The notes beneath the pieces are model-generated. The model ran no database searches and was not told where the DNA came from. It saw only the letters and a list, made by a program, of their open reading frames with translations. Below are positions 29,707 to 39,395 of a stretch of DNA of 64,000 nucleotides, piece after piece. The DNA is taken from positions 137,061-201,060 of the forward strand of contig JAUVNS010000011.1 of the NCBI GenBank assembly GCA_030599585.1. Direction: 5' to 3'. Origin of the DNA: Promethearchaeota archaeon (GTDB taxonomy: Archaea; Asgardarchaeota; Lokiarchaeia; Sigyniarchaeales; SOKP01). How positions within the stretch are numbered: the stretch's first letter is position 1; each line of letters opens with the position of its first letter. Both the position numbers and the translations under genes were made by a program.

Positions 29707-30801
29707 TTGTTATTTTTGGATGCACTATCTATAATAATTATTTGTATTCTGTATATTTATGGCTTAATTTCTCTTTATACTGCTTTTTTGGCGAAAAAAA
29801 GAAATGAAAAAGGGGCTTTCATTAATAACCTTGTAAATTCATTAATCCTCATTGTTAGCATTACAATTAATTTATCAATAAATCTTCTAAATATTTCCGT
29901 TATTGGGTTCATAGTATTTCCTTTTGACATATTTATGATAATTTTTATAATATTTTTCTTACCTCATTTTTTATTATCCGTAAATAGAGAAAAAAGAAAG
30001 GTTAGATTAAAAGAGAAACAAACAGAAGAAGAAAATTTTAATTTGGCTGAAGAATTACCTTTTAAATACGAACTTTACAGAAAAATAACACATTTAGTAG
30101 TCTTAGGAATCGCTTTTTTCTATTTTACGCTTGGATTTTTGGTTCAAAATATTTTTATTTATATTCTAGAGCTTTTCCCAGATATTGTTTCTGAGTTCTT
30201 CTTCTCAATCTATAATATTGAAGCAAATAAAATGATCTTTACTCAATACTTGGTAGTTTTTTTAGTTGGAGTATCCTTAATTGGGTTACTTACAGCAGAT
30301 TTTATTAGAATTTTAAAACCAAACATTTACCCGTTAAAATCAATTAATAGAATTCTTAGGAAAAAGGAACGGCACATGAGATTAGGTCCACATATTTCTA
30401 TGGGAATTGGTTGTTTTTCAATTATAATAATGTATGGCCCTTTCCAGCCTGTTGGGCCAATTATTATATGTATATCGATGACTATGTCTATTTTTGGAGA
30501 TATGGCTGCTAATTTGGTGGGAAGAAAATTCGGGCATTACAACATTCGAAAAACTAAAAAGACTTACGAGGGGTTAATTGCTGGAATGAGCATAGCATAC
30601 ATCTCAGGTATTATTACATTACTATTTATAAATCAATTATATCCAATTAACCCCTTTAGTATGATAATCCTTCCCTCTATTGGTACTCTTGTGATAGGAT
30701 TTATAGACTATTTAGATTTAGATGTTGACGATAATTTGTCATTTAATTTCATACTTTCAACTACTCTTTTCGTTATTTCATTATTCATTTTGCGTTTATA
30801 A
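29707..30801 (+). CDS. CTP-dependent polyprenol/diacylglycerol kinase family membrane protein
   Basis: RKITH, GDMAANLVGRKFG, KKTYEG and DDNL motifs; multiple TM segments. Confidence 0.85.
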   Translation: MLFLDALSIIIICILYIYGLISLYTAFLAKKRNEKGAFINNLVNSLILIVSITINLSINLLNISVIGFIVFPFDIFMIIFIIFFLPHFLLSVNREKRKVRLKEKQTEEENFNLAEELPFKYELYRKITHLVVLGIAFFYFTLGFLVQNIFIYILELFPDIVSEFFFSIYNIEANKMIFTQYLVVFLVGVSLIGLLTADFIRILKPNIYPLKSINRILRKKERHMRLGPHISMGIGCFSIIIMYGPFQPVGPIIICISMTMSIFGDMAANLVGRKFGHYNIRKTKKTYEGLIAGMSIAYISGIITLLFINQLYPINPFSMIILPSIGTLVIGFIDYLDLDVDDNLSFNFILSTTLFVISLFILRL

Positions 30802-30856
30802 TTTAAGAGATGTTATTAGCAAAATTTTTCAATCACAAAATTTTATTTAAAAGAAC

Positions 30857-31360
30857 ATGAGCGAAGAAAAATTAAAAATAGATAAAATAAAGAAGGGGAC
30901 AGTTATCGACCATATTGATGGCGGTTACGCTTTAACTATTCTGAACTTAACTGGACTTGGAGAATCTCCTAATCTAATGACAATTGGTGTTAATGTTTCT
31001 TCAATGAAATACAATAAAAAGGATATTATTAAGATAGAGGGTGTTTTTCTCAATCAGATTCAACTTCAGCAAATTTCAATCCTTTCGCCAAATTCAAAGA
31101 TATCCTTGATTGAAGATTATAAAGTAATCGAGAAAAAGAAGGTAAAACTCCCAGATAATATCAAAAGTCTAATTTTATGTCGAAGTAATACGTGTATTTC
31201 AAATTCTGGTGAACCTATTGATACAGAATTTAATGTTCTAGAAGAAAAGCCATTAAAAATTCAATGTGTATATTGCAATAGGATATATAAATTGGATGAA
31301 ATTGTTTTCAGTTCTAAAGAAAAAATTGAAAAAAGAGTAAAACAATCAATCGAATTATAA
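30857..31360 (+). CDS. pyrI: Aspartate carbamoyltransferase regulatory chain
   Basis: IKKGTVIDHI, KKDIIKIE and zinc motif C-x4-C...CVYC. Confidence 0.95.
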   Translation: MSEEKLKIDKIKKGTVIDHIDGGYALTILNLTGLGESPNLMTIGVNVSSMKYNKKDIIKIEGVFLNQIQLQQISILSPNSKISLIEDYKVIEKKKVKLPDNIKSLILCRSNTCISNSGEPIDTEFNVLEEKPLKIQCVYCNRIYKLDEIVFSSKEKIEKRVKQSIEL

Positions 31361-31366
31361 AAAATT

Positions 31367-31801
31367 TTAGATAAAAGCTAAGAATGTATGAGTAACTACT
31401 GTAACGATCATAAATAACAAGAAAAATATGCCTATACCTGGTTTAATTATATTTTTCCAATTCCATTCTTCTTTATCGTATTGATATTTTAAGATAATGA
31501 AACTAACAAAAAACGGTGTTAGGAACCAAAAACACAACATCCAAATAAACAATCCTAAACCCGAATAGCTCGGTAGAATGCCGAAAAATAATCTTCCTAA
31601 TAAACCACTTAGCACTGCAGTAATTGCCCTAATCCAATAAAGCTTTGTTTCCTTTTCAAGCCGGATATCAATCTTTTTTGTAGATTTTTTATCAATATTA
31701 ATTTCTTGTTCAGGATGTGATTTTCTCTTCTCTTTTATAAGTTTTTGGCGTTCTTTTTTAATGTTAACTCTTTTTGATTTCCGTTTATCTTTATTGGGCA
31801 T
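31367..31801 (-). CDS. EMC6/Rab5ip-like membrane protein
   Basis: LYWIRAITAVLSGLLG followed by three TM segments. Confidence 0.55.
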   Translation of the reverse strand: MPNKDKRKSKRVNIKKERQKLIKEKRKSHPEQEINIDKKSTKKIDIRLEKETKLYWIRAITAVLSGLLGRLFFGILPSYSGLGLFIWMLCFWFLTPFFVSFIILKYQYDKEEWNWKNIIKPGIGIFFLLFMIVTVVTHTFLAFI

Positions 31802-31946
31802 AATTAGTACTATTAATATTATTTTTTTTATTAAAATTTTGAAATTTATATTACCTATAAATTATCGTTTCATTTGTGAAAAATGGAAAAATAGAAAAAA
31901 ATGAATGCATGACTAATAAGTAAGATAACAATAATTTTAAACGATA

Positions 31947-34013
31947 ATGCAAATGAAGAAAAATATTAAATTTTCAAATTTTGATGTATTTGCAATCGCT
32001 AAAGAATTAGGAACTATTCTCCCCCATGGAAAAATTGACAATGTTTATGAAATCGATGGAGAACTATTGATTTTAAAAATCAAAACAAAATTAAATGGGA
32101 AAAAGAATTTAATTGTTAAAAACGATTCTCGTTTAAATTTTACTGACTTTAACTATCCTATCCCAAAATATCCTTCTCAATATATAATGTCTCTAAGAAA
32201 GTACCTAAAAAATAGGAGAATTTTATCTGTTATTCAACATAATTTTGATAGAATTATTATTTTCGAAATAAGCAATATGGAGGGAAACTCATGGAAATTT
32301 ATTGTTGAACTATTTAACAAAGGTAATTATATTCTACTTGATGAAAATAACATTGTAAAAATCGCAAAAAGTTATAGTAAATATAGAGATAGGGATATTC
32401 TAGCTAATAGACAATATAATTTTCCTAGTTCTCGTGGCAAAGATTTTCTTAACCTTTCTCAAGTCGATTTTAATGAAACAGTTAGTAATTTAGAAGATGA
32501 AATCGTAAGAATCCTAGCAAGAAATATTAATATCTCAGGAACGATTTCAGAAGAAATATGCCTTATGGCGGGAGTTGATAAAAAGCGATCAGGAAGTGAT
32601 CTTACTCCTATAGAACTAGAGGCTCTATTTAATTCCTTCAAAACATTAAGAAATAAATTACTTTTTGGGGAAATTAAGGCACAGATTGTATTCAACGAAC
32701 AGGATGAACAAGCATCTGTTATCCCTTTTGATTTAGAGCTTTACAAGAATAGTAAAGTTCAGCATTTCAATTCTTTTAATGAAGCCGTGGATGTGTTCTT
32801 CTCTAAACTAGATTCTAATAAATTAATTTCACCACAAGATCAAGCCGTTAACCAAAGAATAAAGTCTCAAGAAAAAATACTAAAAAACCAACTAGAATAT
32901 CTGGAAGAGCTAAAAGCAAAAAAAAAATTGTACTACGATCATGGCGGTTTTATGTATGATAATTTCAACACTTTTAATAAATTATTTAACGGAATTAAAG
33001 AAGCAAAAGAAAAAGGCTATTCTCTAGAAGAAATAAACACCAAACTAACTAGTGCTAAAAACGAAAATTTCGAAGATTTAGATATATTTGGAAGGATTCT
33101 ATCTGCAACAAAACAGATAGTAATTTTAATTGATAAAAATGAAGTTTATTTAGATTTAAGCAAAACTGTTGGAGAAAACGCAAATTTAATATATTCAAAA
33201 GGCAAAAAGGCAGAGAGAAAATTAAAGGGAACCCTTCCAGCTATTCAAAAAACAGAAGAAAAGATTAGAAAGCTAAAAATTGAGAGAGAATCTATCGAAT
33301 TAGATATTGATTTTCTAGTAAGGAAACCACAAAAGAAATGGTATGAAAAATTTAGATGGTTTAATTCTTCCGATGGATTTTTAATTATAGGTGGACGAGA
33401 CGCTAGCTCAAACGAAACGATATTTAAAAAATATATTGACCCCAACGATATAATTTTTCACACAAACTTTCCGGGATCCCCTCTTACTGTAATAAAAAAT
33501 CCAGAAAATAAACAGATTCCTGAGACATCAATTAAAGAAGCCGCAAACTTTGTAGCTAGCTATTCTGTAGCGTGGAAAGAGAATTGGGGCATTGTCGATG
33601 TTTTTTATGTGTTTGCCGATCAAATTTCTAAAACTCCACCTACAGGTGAATATTTACCTAAAGGTAGTTTCATGATTTTAGGAAAAAAAAATGTAATTAA
33701 GGGAGCAAAAACCGAAATTGCGCTGAGATTAAATTTCCTTGAAATAAAAAATCAAAGCGTTTCTGATTCTAAATTATTCTATCCCCAAGTAACATACGAA
33801 TCTCTTAATGCCTTTACTAACAATGCGAACAAATTTATAATCGTTAAACCTTCAAAATCGGGGAAAACAAAGGGACAGTTAGCAAAGGAGATCAAAACAT
33901 ATTTTCTTAACAATTCAGAAGCAGAGATGAAAAAATGGGTTAAAATTTTACCTATAGACGATATTATCCTTGTCCTTCCTACGGGTAAATCTGAATTTAT
34001 TATTCCCAGTTAA
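31947..34013 (+). CDS. rqcH: Ribosome rescue protein RqcH/Rqc2 (NEMF/NFACT)
   Basis: QHNFDRII, VELFNKGNYIL, WYEKFRWF, GGRDA and GEYLPKGSFMI motifs. Confidence 0.93.
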   Translation: MQMKKNIKFSNFDVFAIAKELGTILPHGKIDNVYEIDGELLILKIKTKLNGKKNLIVKNDSRLNFTDFNYPIPKYPSQYIMSLRKYLKNRRILSVIQHNFDRIIIFEISNMEGNSWKFIVELFNKGNYILLDENNIVKIAKSYSKYRDRDILANRQYNFPSSRGKDFLNLSQVDFNETVSNLEDEIVRILARNINISGTISEEICLMAGVDKKRSGSDLTPIELEALFNSFKTLRNKLLFGEIKAQIVFNEQDEQASVIPFDLELYKNSKVQHFNSFNEAVDVFFSKLDSNKLISPQDQAVNQRIKSQEKILKNQLEYLEELKAKKKLYYDHGGFMYDNFNTFNKLFNGIKEAKEKGYSLEEINTKLTSAKNENFEDLDIFGRILSATKQIVILIDKNEVYLDLSKTVGENANLIYSKGKKAERKLKGTLPAIQKTEEKIRKLKIERESIELDIDFLVRKPQKKWYEKFRWFNSSDGFLIIGGRDASSNETIFKKYIDPNDIIFHTNFPGSPLTVIKNPENKQIPETSIKEAANFVASYSVAWKENWGIVDVFYVFADQISKTPPTGEYLPKGSFMILGKKNVIKGAKTEIALRLNFLEIKNQSVSDSKLFYPQVTYESLNAFTNNANKFIIVKPSKSGKTKGQLAKEIKTYFLNNSEAEMKKWVKILPIDDIILVLPTGKSEFIIPS

Positions 34014-34741
34014 TTTCCTCTTATTATCCTAAGGTTATGATAATCATCAAATAATATGCCGTTTATCTGGTTATTAATTAGACTGTTTATTACTTGTAAA
34101 GGTTGTTCATAACCTATAAAGCCCCAAGCAAGTGATTTAATATCGTTAACATGGCATACTTCTATAAATTGATTCGAAATTAAATCTGATCGAATGCTTA
34201 TCATATCCGGAAAATTCTTTAGTTTTTTTCTATGTCCTTTTTCTATAAATTCCTTTAAATTTAGCCCTCTACCTTTAGTCATGTTAAAACATGTTCTTAT
34301 CGGTTTAAATGTTTTCTTATATCTTTTTAATTTATTGATATCTCTTCCGCTTACTATACAATTCTTTAGAACTCCTTTTTTATTAATTAAACCAAATAAT
34401 TCTTTTTCAATTCCTTCATCTTTCAAGTGTATAATAGCTTGTGTTTTATCTGTTATGTAATCCATAAATTCTTCTAAAAGGGGGATAGTTTGGTTTCTTT
34501 TTTCGGTTTTAAGATTTTTAACATCGTTGTAATTTAAATTTTTTAATACTCCTTTACCATTAGTGGTCCTGGTTAATGTATTATCGTGAAAAACGATTAA
34601 CTTTCTGTCTTTTGTTCTTCTAACATCAAGTTCTATGCAATTTGCCCCTGATTTAATTGCAATTTCGAACGCTTCTAATGTGTTTTCATCGTAATCTACT
34701 AAAGTGCCTCTATGGCCGATAAAAAGTGTAATTTTTTTCAT
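34010..34741 (-). CDS. Glycerophosphodiester phosphodiesterase
   Basis: GHRG, ENTLEAF, ELDV and FHD motifs. Confidence 0.9.
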   Translation of the reverse strand: MKKITLFIGHRGTLVDYDENTLEAFEIAIKSGANCIELDVRRTKDRKLIVFHDNTLTRTTNGKGVLKNLNYNDVKNLKTEKRNQTIPLLEEFMDYITDKTQAIIHLKDEGIEKELFGLINKKGVLKNCIVSGRDINKLKRYKKTFKPIRTCFNMTKGRGLNLKEFIEKGHRKKLKNFPDMISIRSDLISNQFIEVCHVNDIKSLAWGFIGYEQPLQVINSLINNQINGILFDDYHNLRIIRGN

Positions 34742-34774
34742 TAAAAGAAATAAATTTTAGATGCATAAATTTAG

Positions 34775-35191
34775 TTAGTTTTCCTGAACTAAAAACAAGT
34801 AAACCATTATTATCAATAAACCTATTAAACTGAATGAAAAAACTATAGAATCTCTAAAAGCTTGGATTAAGGAAAAGATAAAAATAAGCACAATTAACTT
34901 TAAATCTAATGGTTTACCTGTCAATTCCTTATAATTTCCGATACTTATTGTCATAAAAATGAAGAAAAATAGGATTACTAGAACCTTAATAGTGATATCT
35001 ACAGTTTGCAGAAAAAGGTCTTCGCTTGCAAACAGAGATAGATAACCCCCGTTTAATAGAATCGATATTACTAATAGTATTCCCCCAATAACGGCTGATA
35101 ATATAACTGAACGATAAGCAGACTTTTCTTTTAATTTTGGTTTCCTATTGGCCGTTCCTGATTTTAAATGTTCATTTTTTACTTTTGACAT
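34775..35191 (-). CDS. Hypothetical membrane protein
   Basis: About four hydrophobic segments. Confidence 0.7.
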   Translation of the reverse strand: MSKVKNEHLKSGTANRKPKLKEKSAYRSVILSAVIGGILLVISILLNGGYLSLFASEDLFLQTVDITIKVLVILFFFIFMTISIGNYKELTGKPLDLKLIVLIFIFSLIQAFRDSIVFSFSLIGLLIIMVYLFLVQEN

Positions 35192-35200
35192 GTTAGTATC

Positions 35201-36022
35201 TTATCTCCTTATTCTTTCGATTTGTTTCTTGAGTTGGGTAATTCGATATACATAATAAGCAAAAAATGCTCCAATCGTAGAAAAAATGACAATTGTAGAG
35301 ATTGACATCAGAAGTTCTCCAAAGGATACATCCGGGGTTCTAGGGGGGTATTGTAATTCCATAGAAAAGATATTAGAAATAATAATTTCACTGGGACCGA
35401 CTGCAGTTTTACCGAATATAATCATAAAATTAAATTGAACCCCATAGGCTAATTCTACGTCCTCGATTCCACCTTCTTTATTTTTAATAGGCATGGAAAA
35501 TTCGTACACTATCTGATTCCCATCTAATTTCGCAGCACAATCACCATTAGAATCTACGTCTTCATAATAAACCGTATCGTTAATGTAATAATCTAAATAA
35601 GAATAACTGTTCGTTGTCATGTTTGAAAATTGTAAAATTTTAGCATCAGTGAAATTCAATTCTGCGTCCCAATCCGCTATTAAAATCCCAAGAAATTCAT
35701 TATCATATTCATTAGAGTTATGATCGTTTAAATCAAATCTAGCTAAAATATATAAATTAGGTTCAGATTGTAAAACCCATAGTTCAATAGGTAGTCCATC
35801 GCTTTGGTTTGATAAATCAGGAAATAGTTCTATTTCTAACTTTTCTGCTGAAGCCCATTCGCCCGTCACTCCATCAACAACACCGTCTATAACAGGTGCG
35901 GTTCCAAATCCCACATCATATTCAATTGGAGTTCCATAGCTTTTTCCAATGAGGAATGCTGAACTAACCAGTATCTGAGCAATGAAGATGAAAATAATAA
36001 TGCTAGTTGTGTGTTTTTTCAC
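35201..36022 (-). CDS. Surface-anchored protein, DOMON/CBM9-like
   Basis: Signal peptide, APVIDG...EW motif, YEFSMP and a C-terminal TM segment. Confidence 0.65.
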   Translation of the reverse strand: MKKHTTSIIIFIFIAQILVSSAFLIGKSYGTPIEYDVGFGTAPVIDGVVDGVTGEWASAEKLEIELFPDLSNQSDGLPIELWVLQSEPNLYILARFDLNDHNSNEYDNEFLGILIADWDAELNFTDAKILQFSNMTTNSYSYLDYYINDTVYYEDVDSNGDCAAKLDGNQIVYEFSMPIKNKEGGIEDVELAYGVQFNFMIIFGKTAVGPSEIIISNIFSMELQYPPRTPDVSFGELLMSISTIVIFSTIGAFFAYYVYRITQLKKQIERIRR

Positions 36023-36223
36023 TTTTATATAGCCACTTTTTTATCATTAAGCGATAGTTCAATTTTGCTTTTAATTAAAGAAACTCAATAAAGTTGATAA
36101 TTAAAATTGAATTTAATATTTTTTCTTTGTCTTAGCAAATTTTTAGGATTTTCAATCAAAAATTTGTAGTATTTCCTATATATTAAAAAAAAAGCTCTTA
36201 TCATTATTTAAAAGAAATTCATT

Positions 36224-36673
36224 TTATGAAAGATAATTAGGTAAAAGAACGCTGCAATTGAATTTGTTTAAATATGCTACAATATAATTTATCAGGCGTT
36301 TTAAATCGCGCTTAGTTTCAAGCATATTGCTATTATTATATTCTGCGAATTGTTTTGGTCCAATTGCAATTAACAACCCCGATAGATCCTTCTCTCTCTT
36401 AATAAAAAGCCAAAACGGTTTTTTTTTTTCATTATCTTTAATTAGGAGTAGCATCCATGGATTTAAGGTCCATTCTTTAGAATCAGGCCCAATTACTTTT
36501 TCTATCGCATGTCCCGTAGTATATTTTTTAGTTATTTTTACAGCTTTTACTAACCGGTTAAAGTAGGACCGTTTCAATTTTAAATATCCATTGAAATAAG
36601 ATTTAGCGTCGTAGAGTTCTATTTCATTACCCGTTCCGTCTGCGAATTTCAAATTAATTTTCCAAGTGCTCAT
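36224..36673 (-). CDS. Hypothetical protein
   Basis: 149-aa ORF co-oriented with the RNase P genes. Confidence 0.7.
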   Translation of the reverse strand: MSTWKINLKFADGTGNEIELYDAKSYFNGYLKLKRSYFNRLVKAVKITKKYTTGHAIEKVIGPDSKEWTLNPWMLLLIKDNEKKKPFWLFIKREKDLSGLLIAIGPKQFAEYNNSNMLETKRDLKRLINYIVAYLNKFNCSVLLPNYLS

Positions 36674-36695
36674 ATTAAATCCAAATAATTATTCT

Positions 36696-37076
36696 TTAGC
36701 TTATATCCATAATTTGAATATCTTTAATATTCTTTTTATTTTTTTCCAAAAACAAATTTTTAGTAATTTGAATACTACGAATAGTCCCGGATGTTTTTAT
36801 TGGAGAAAAAACGAATTTATTACCAGCTATTTCAGTAATTAAAGTCAAAGCGGAAATCACGATTTCTTTTGTTTGATGAGAGCATCTTATAATTCCAAAA
36901 CCTTCTAAAAAATTAATATCAACCAACCACAATCCTACTCTACTAGCTTCTTTTAAGCCAAAATACTTCCATAATGATGTCCATATCGAATTTAGAATCT
37001 CTTGCTTATTCAAAGGTTTTCTATGTTCCGAAATCACTTTGAATAATATGTATCTATGACGTTCACTTTTTACTAT
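36696..37076 (-). CDS. rnp2: RNase P protein component 2 (Pop5/Rpp14), ATA start inferred
   Basis: Conserved ERHRYILF lies upstream of the track start; GIIRC and TSGTI motifs; in-frame TAA at 37082-37080. Confidence 0.88.
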   Translation of the reverse strand: MVKSERHRYILFKVISEHRKPLNKQEILNSIWTSLWKYFGLKEASRVGLWLVDINFLEGFGIIRCSHQTKEIVISALTLITEIAGNKFVFSPIKTSGTIRSIQITKNLFLEKNKKNIKDIQIMDIS

Positions 37077-37801
37077 TATTTATCACCCCGATTTATCAGT
37101 TTCACACCCAAGTCTATGAAATTTCTATCTTGTCGCATATGTACTCGATTTAGAAGAGAAACTACATTTTTAGAGAAACAATTTTTAGCTCGTAGTAGTG
37201 AAATGTCTAAAAGTGTATGACAAACGCTAATTAAAGCTCTAGGGTGTCGTATTGAATAAAGATCGTCAAAATTCCCACTTATTATATAGTTTGCTTTTAA
37301 ATTATTAGCTAACTGTACGCTTCGGTAGAGATTCCTTAGATTTTTGGACTGTAATGATTTGTTTTTTACCATAATTGACGCGAGCGAAAATTCGATAAAC
37401 GATTGATTTTGTTTTGTAAGCGAAATTACTCCTGGAAAAATTGTTTTGAGCGCAATTTGCTCTGAAAACGAGATCATGTCCACTCTGGAATCTTTAGCTG
37501 CTTGGATTTGAATTTTTTTATCGGCAGATTCAACCACTATAATGTCAGATGATTGTCCAATTCCTTTGAGTTTCTTAATTAAGCTTTCTATATTTTTTGG
37601 ATTAATAATAGTGCGATATTTTACATTTATATTTGTGATCTCTTCTATTCTTTTTTTTAAATCTGGCTGCCTTTTTTCTCGATTATTTTCAAGCTCAACT
37701 ATCACATTTTGAATCCCTAATAATTTACAAAAACGTAATTTTTGTTCAATTTCCTTGAAGTTGTTAGTATTTACCCTTAACCTTGACTCAAAATATGGCA
37801 A
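37076..37801 (-). CDS. rnp3: RNase P protein component 3 (Rpp30)
   Basis: RVDMIS, FIEFSL and SIRHPRAL motifs; adjacent to Pop5. Confidence 0.85.
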   Translation of the reverse strand: MPYFESRLRVNTNNFKEIEQKLRFCKLLGIQNVIVELENNREKRQPDLKKRIEEITNINVKYRTIINPKNIESLIKKLKGIGQSSDIIVVESADKKIQIQAAKDSRVDMISFSEQIALKTIFPGVISLTKQNQSFIEFSLASIMVKNKSLQSKNLRNLYRSVQLANNLKANYIISGNFDDLYSIRHPRALISVCHTLLDISLLRAKNCFSKNVVSLLNRVHMRQDRNFIDLGVKLINRGDK

Positions 37802-37921
37802 TCAGATCTTAACCTCTAATTTCAGATCGGGATTTATCTGTAACGTTTTCGATGTTTAAAGTGTTCTTAAATAAAAAAAAATTTATTAGAATAAATATTT
37901 TACATGTTATATATGTTATAA

Positions 37922-39220
37922 GTGGTTCTATTGGCTAATAAACGAAAGCTTTCTGATATAAAGAAAAAAATTCATAACGGCAACGCAAAGGTCCTTACCG
38001 CTCAGGAATTTATCAGTCGCGTTGAAAAGGGAGAAAATTTTAAGTTTGAAGACATTGACGTGATTACTACCGCCACTAAAGGTCTAATGAGTGGAATTAT
38101 GGGCCTATTTTCTTTTAGATTAACGCCCCCAAAAACATTAAGAAAATTCACTGAAATCACCCTTAACGGAATCCCTGCTTTTCCTGGACCGTGCCCCAAT
38201 GAATATTTAGGAATTGCCGATCTGATTGTTTACGGTACTGCTCAAAGTCATTCAAGAGAAAATTATTGTGGAGGCTCCTTGTTTAGGGAGCTAGTGGAAG
38301 GAAAACCAATCTCCATCCATGCTAAAAGCAGTGAAGGTAATATGGTTGATATGGATTTAACATTAAAGGAAATGCAATATGCAAAACTGATGGGAACTCG
38401 TCAAGCAATAAAAAATTATAATGCAATGCTTAATTGCGAAACATACCAAGTAGATACGATATTTTCATGTCTTCCTTTTAAACCTAATAAATCAGAATTG
38501 ACATATTCTGGCTGTGGCGCTCTAAATCCTTTCCAAAACGATCCGAATTTCCGAACTTTCGGAGTGGGATCACCGCTTCTAGTCAATGGAGCTCTTGGGT
38601 ATTTAATGGGTCCAGGAACGCGTAATTATATCGCAAAACCTAATATGATGACAATAGCCCCCATGGATCAAATGAAACCAGAATATTTAGGAGCTTTTAA
38701 AACTTCTTATGGATTAGAACCCATTTGCTCGATAGCTGTGCCAATACCTATCTTAACCGACAAAATTTTTAATGATATTGTCAAATCAGACAGAGATGTT
38801 AAATTAACTATTTTAAGTCTCGTAGGACGTGAAAAAGTTGGGGAAATCACTTACGCAGATGTATGGGATAATAATTTCGTAATGAAATTTAACCCTGAAG
38901 CATGTAGTAAGGGATATAAATGTAAAGTAATAGACAACTGCCCAACAAGCGCTTTTATTATAAGAAACGGGTTAATCTCAGCAATTGATAGGTCTAAATG
39001 CTTCAATTGCGGAAATTGCGTAAGATTATGTCCTGAGGCATTTAATATGGACCTAAAATCAATTCAATATGAGGGAAGTGAAATTCCTGTAGTCTTAAGG
39101 CAATCTGATAGGGCAGGAGCTATTATGTTAGCTGATGATCTTAAACAACAGATTCTAAAAGAGGAATTTCAGTTAAAAAAACCAACTGGAAGGCTAGATT
39201 TTGCTGAAAAATTAAAATAG
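37922..39220 (+). CDS. DUF39/homocysteine-biosynthesis family protein with C-terminal 4Fe-4S domain (methanogenesis marker 16-like)
   Basis: DVITTAT, GPCPNE, SGCGALNPFQNDP and CFNCGNCVRLCP motifs. Confidence 0.8.
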   Translation: MVLLANKRKLSDIKKKIHNGNAKVLTAQEFISRVEKGENFKFEDIDVITTATKGLMSGIMGLFSFRLTPPKTLRKFTEITLNGIPAFPGPCPNEYLGIADLIVYGTAQSHSRENYCGGSLFRELVEGKPISIHAKSSEGNMVDMDLTLKEMQYAKLMGTRQAIKNYNAMLNCETYQVDTIFSCLPFKPNKSELTYSGCGALNPFQNDPNFRTFGVGSPLLVNGALGYLMGPGTRNYIAKPNMMTIAPMDQMKPEYLGAFKTSYGLEPICSIAVPIPILTDKIFNDIVKSDRDVKLTILSLVGREKVGEITYADVWDNNFVMKFNPEACSKGYKCKVIDNCPTSAFIIRNGLISAIDRSKCFNCGNCVRLCPEAFNMDLKSIQYEGSEIPVVLRQSDRAGAIMLADDLKQQILKEEFQLKKPTGRLDFAEKLK

Positions 39221-39395
39221 GATTACAATTGAGGGTGAATTCTAAACGACCGATATCAAATTTGATCAGATTAGGATTACTTAGATACCTAAAATATCTA
39301 GGACTTTACATCGAAATCCTTGAGTTTTGACGGTAAACCTTTGGTTTCTGTTCTTATGTAATAAAGTTTATTTTTCATTTATACTACTTCATTTT

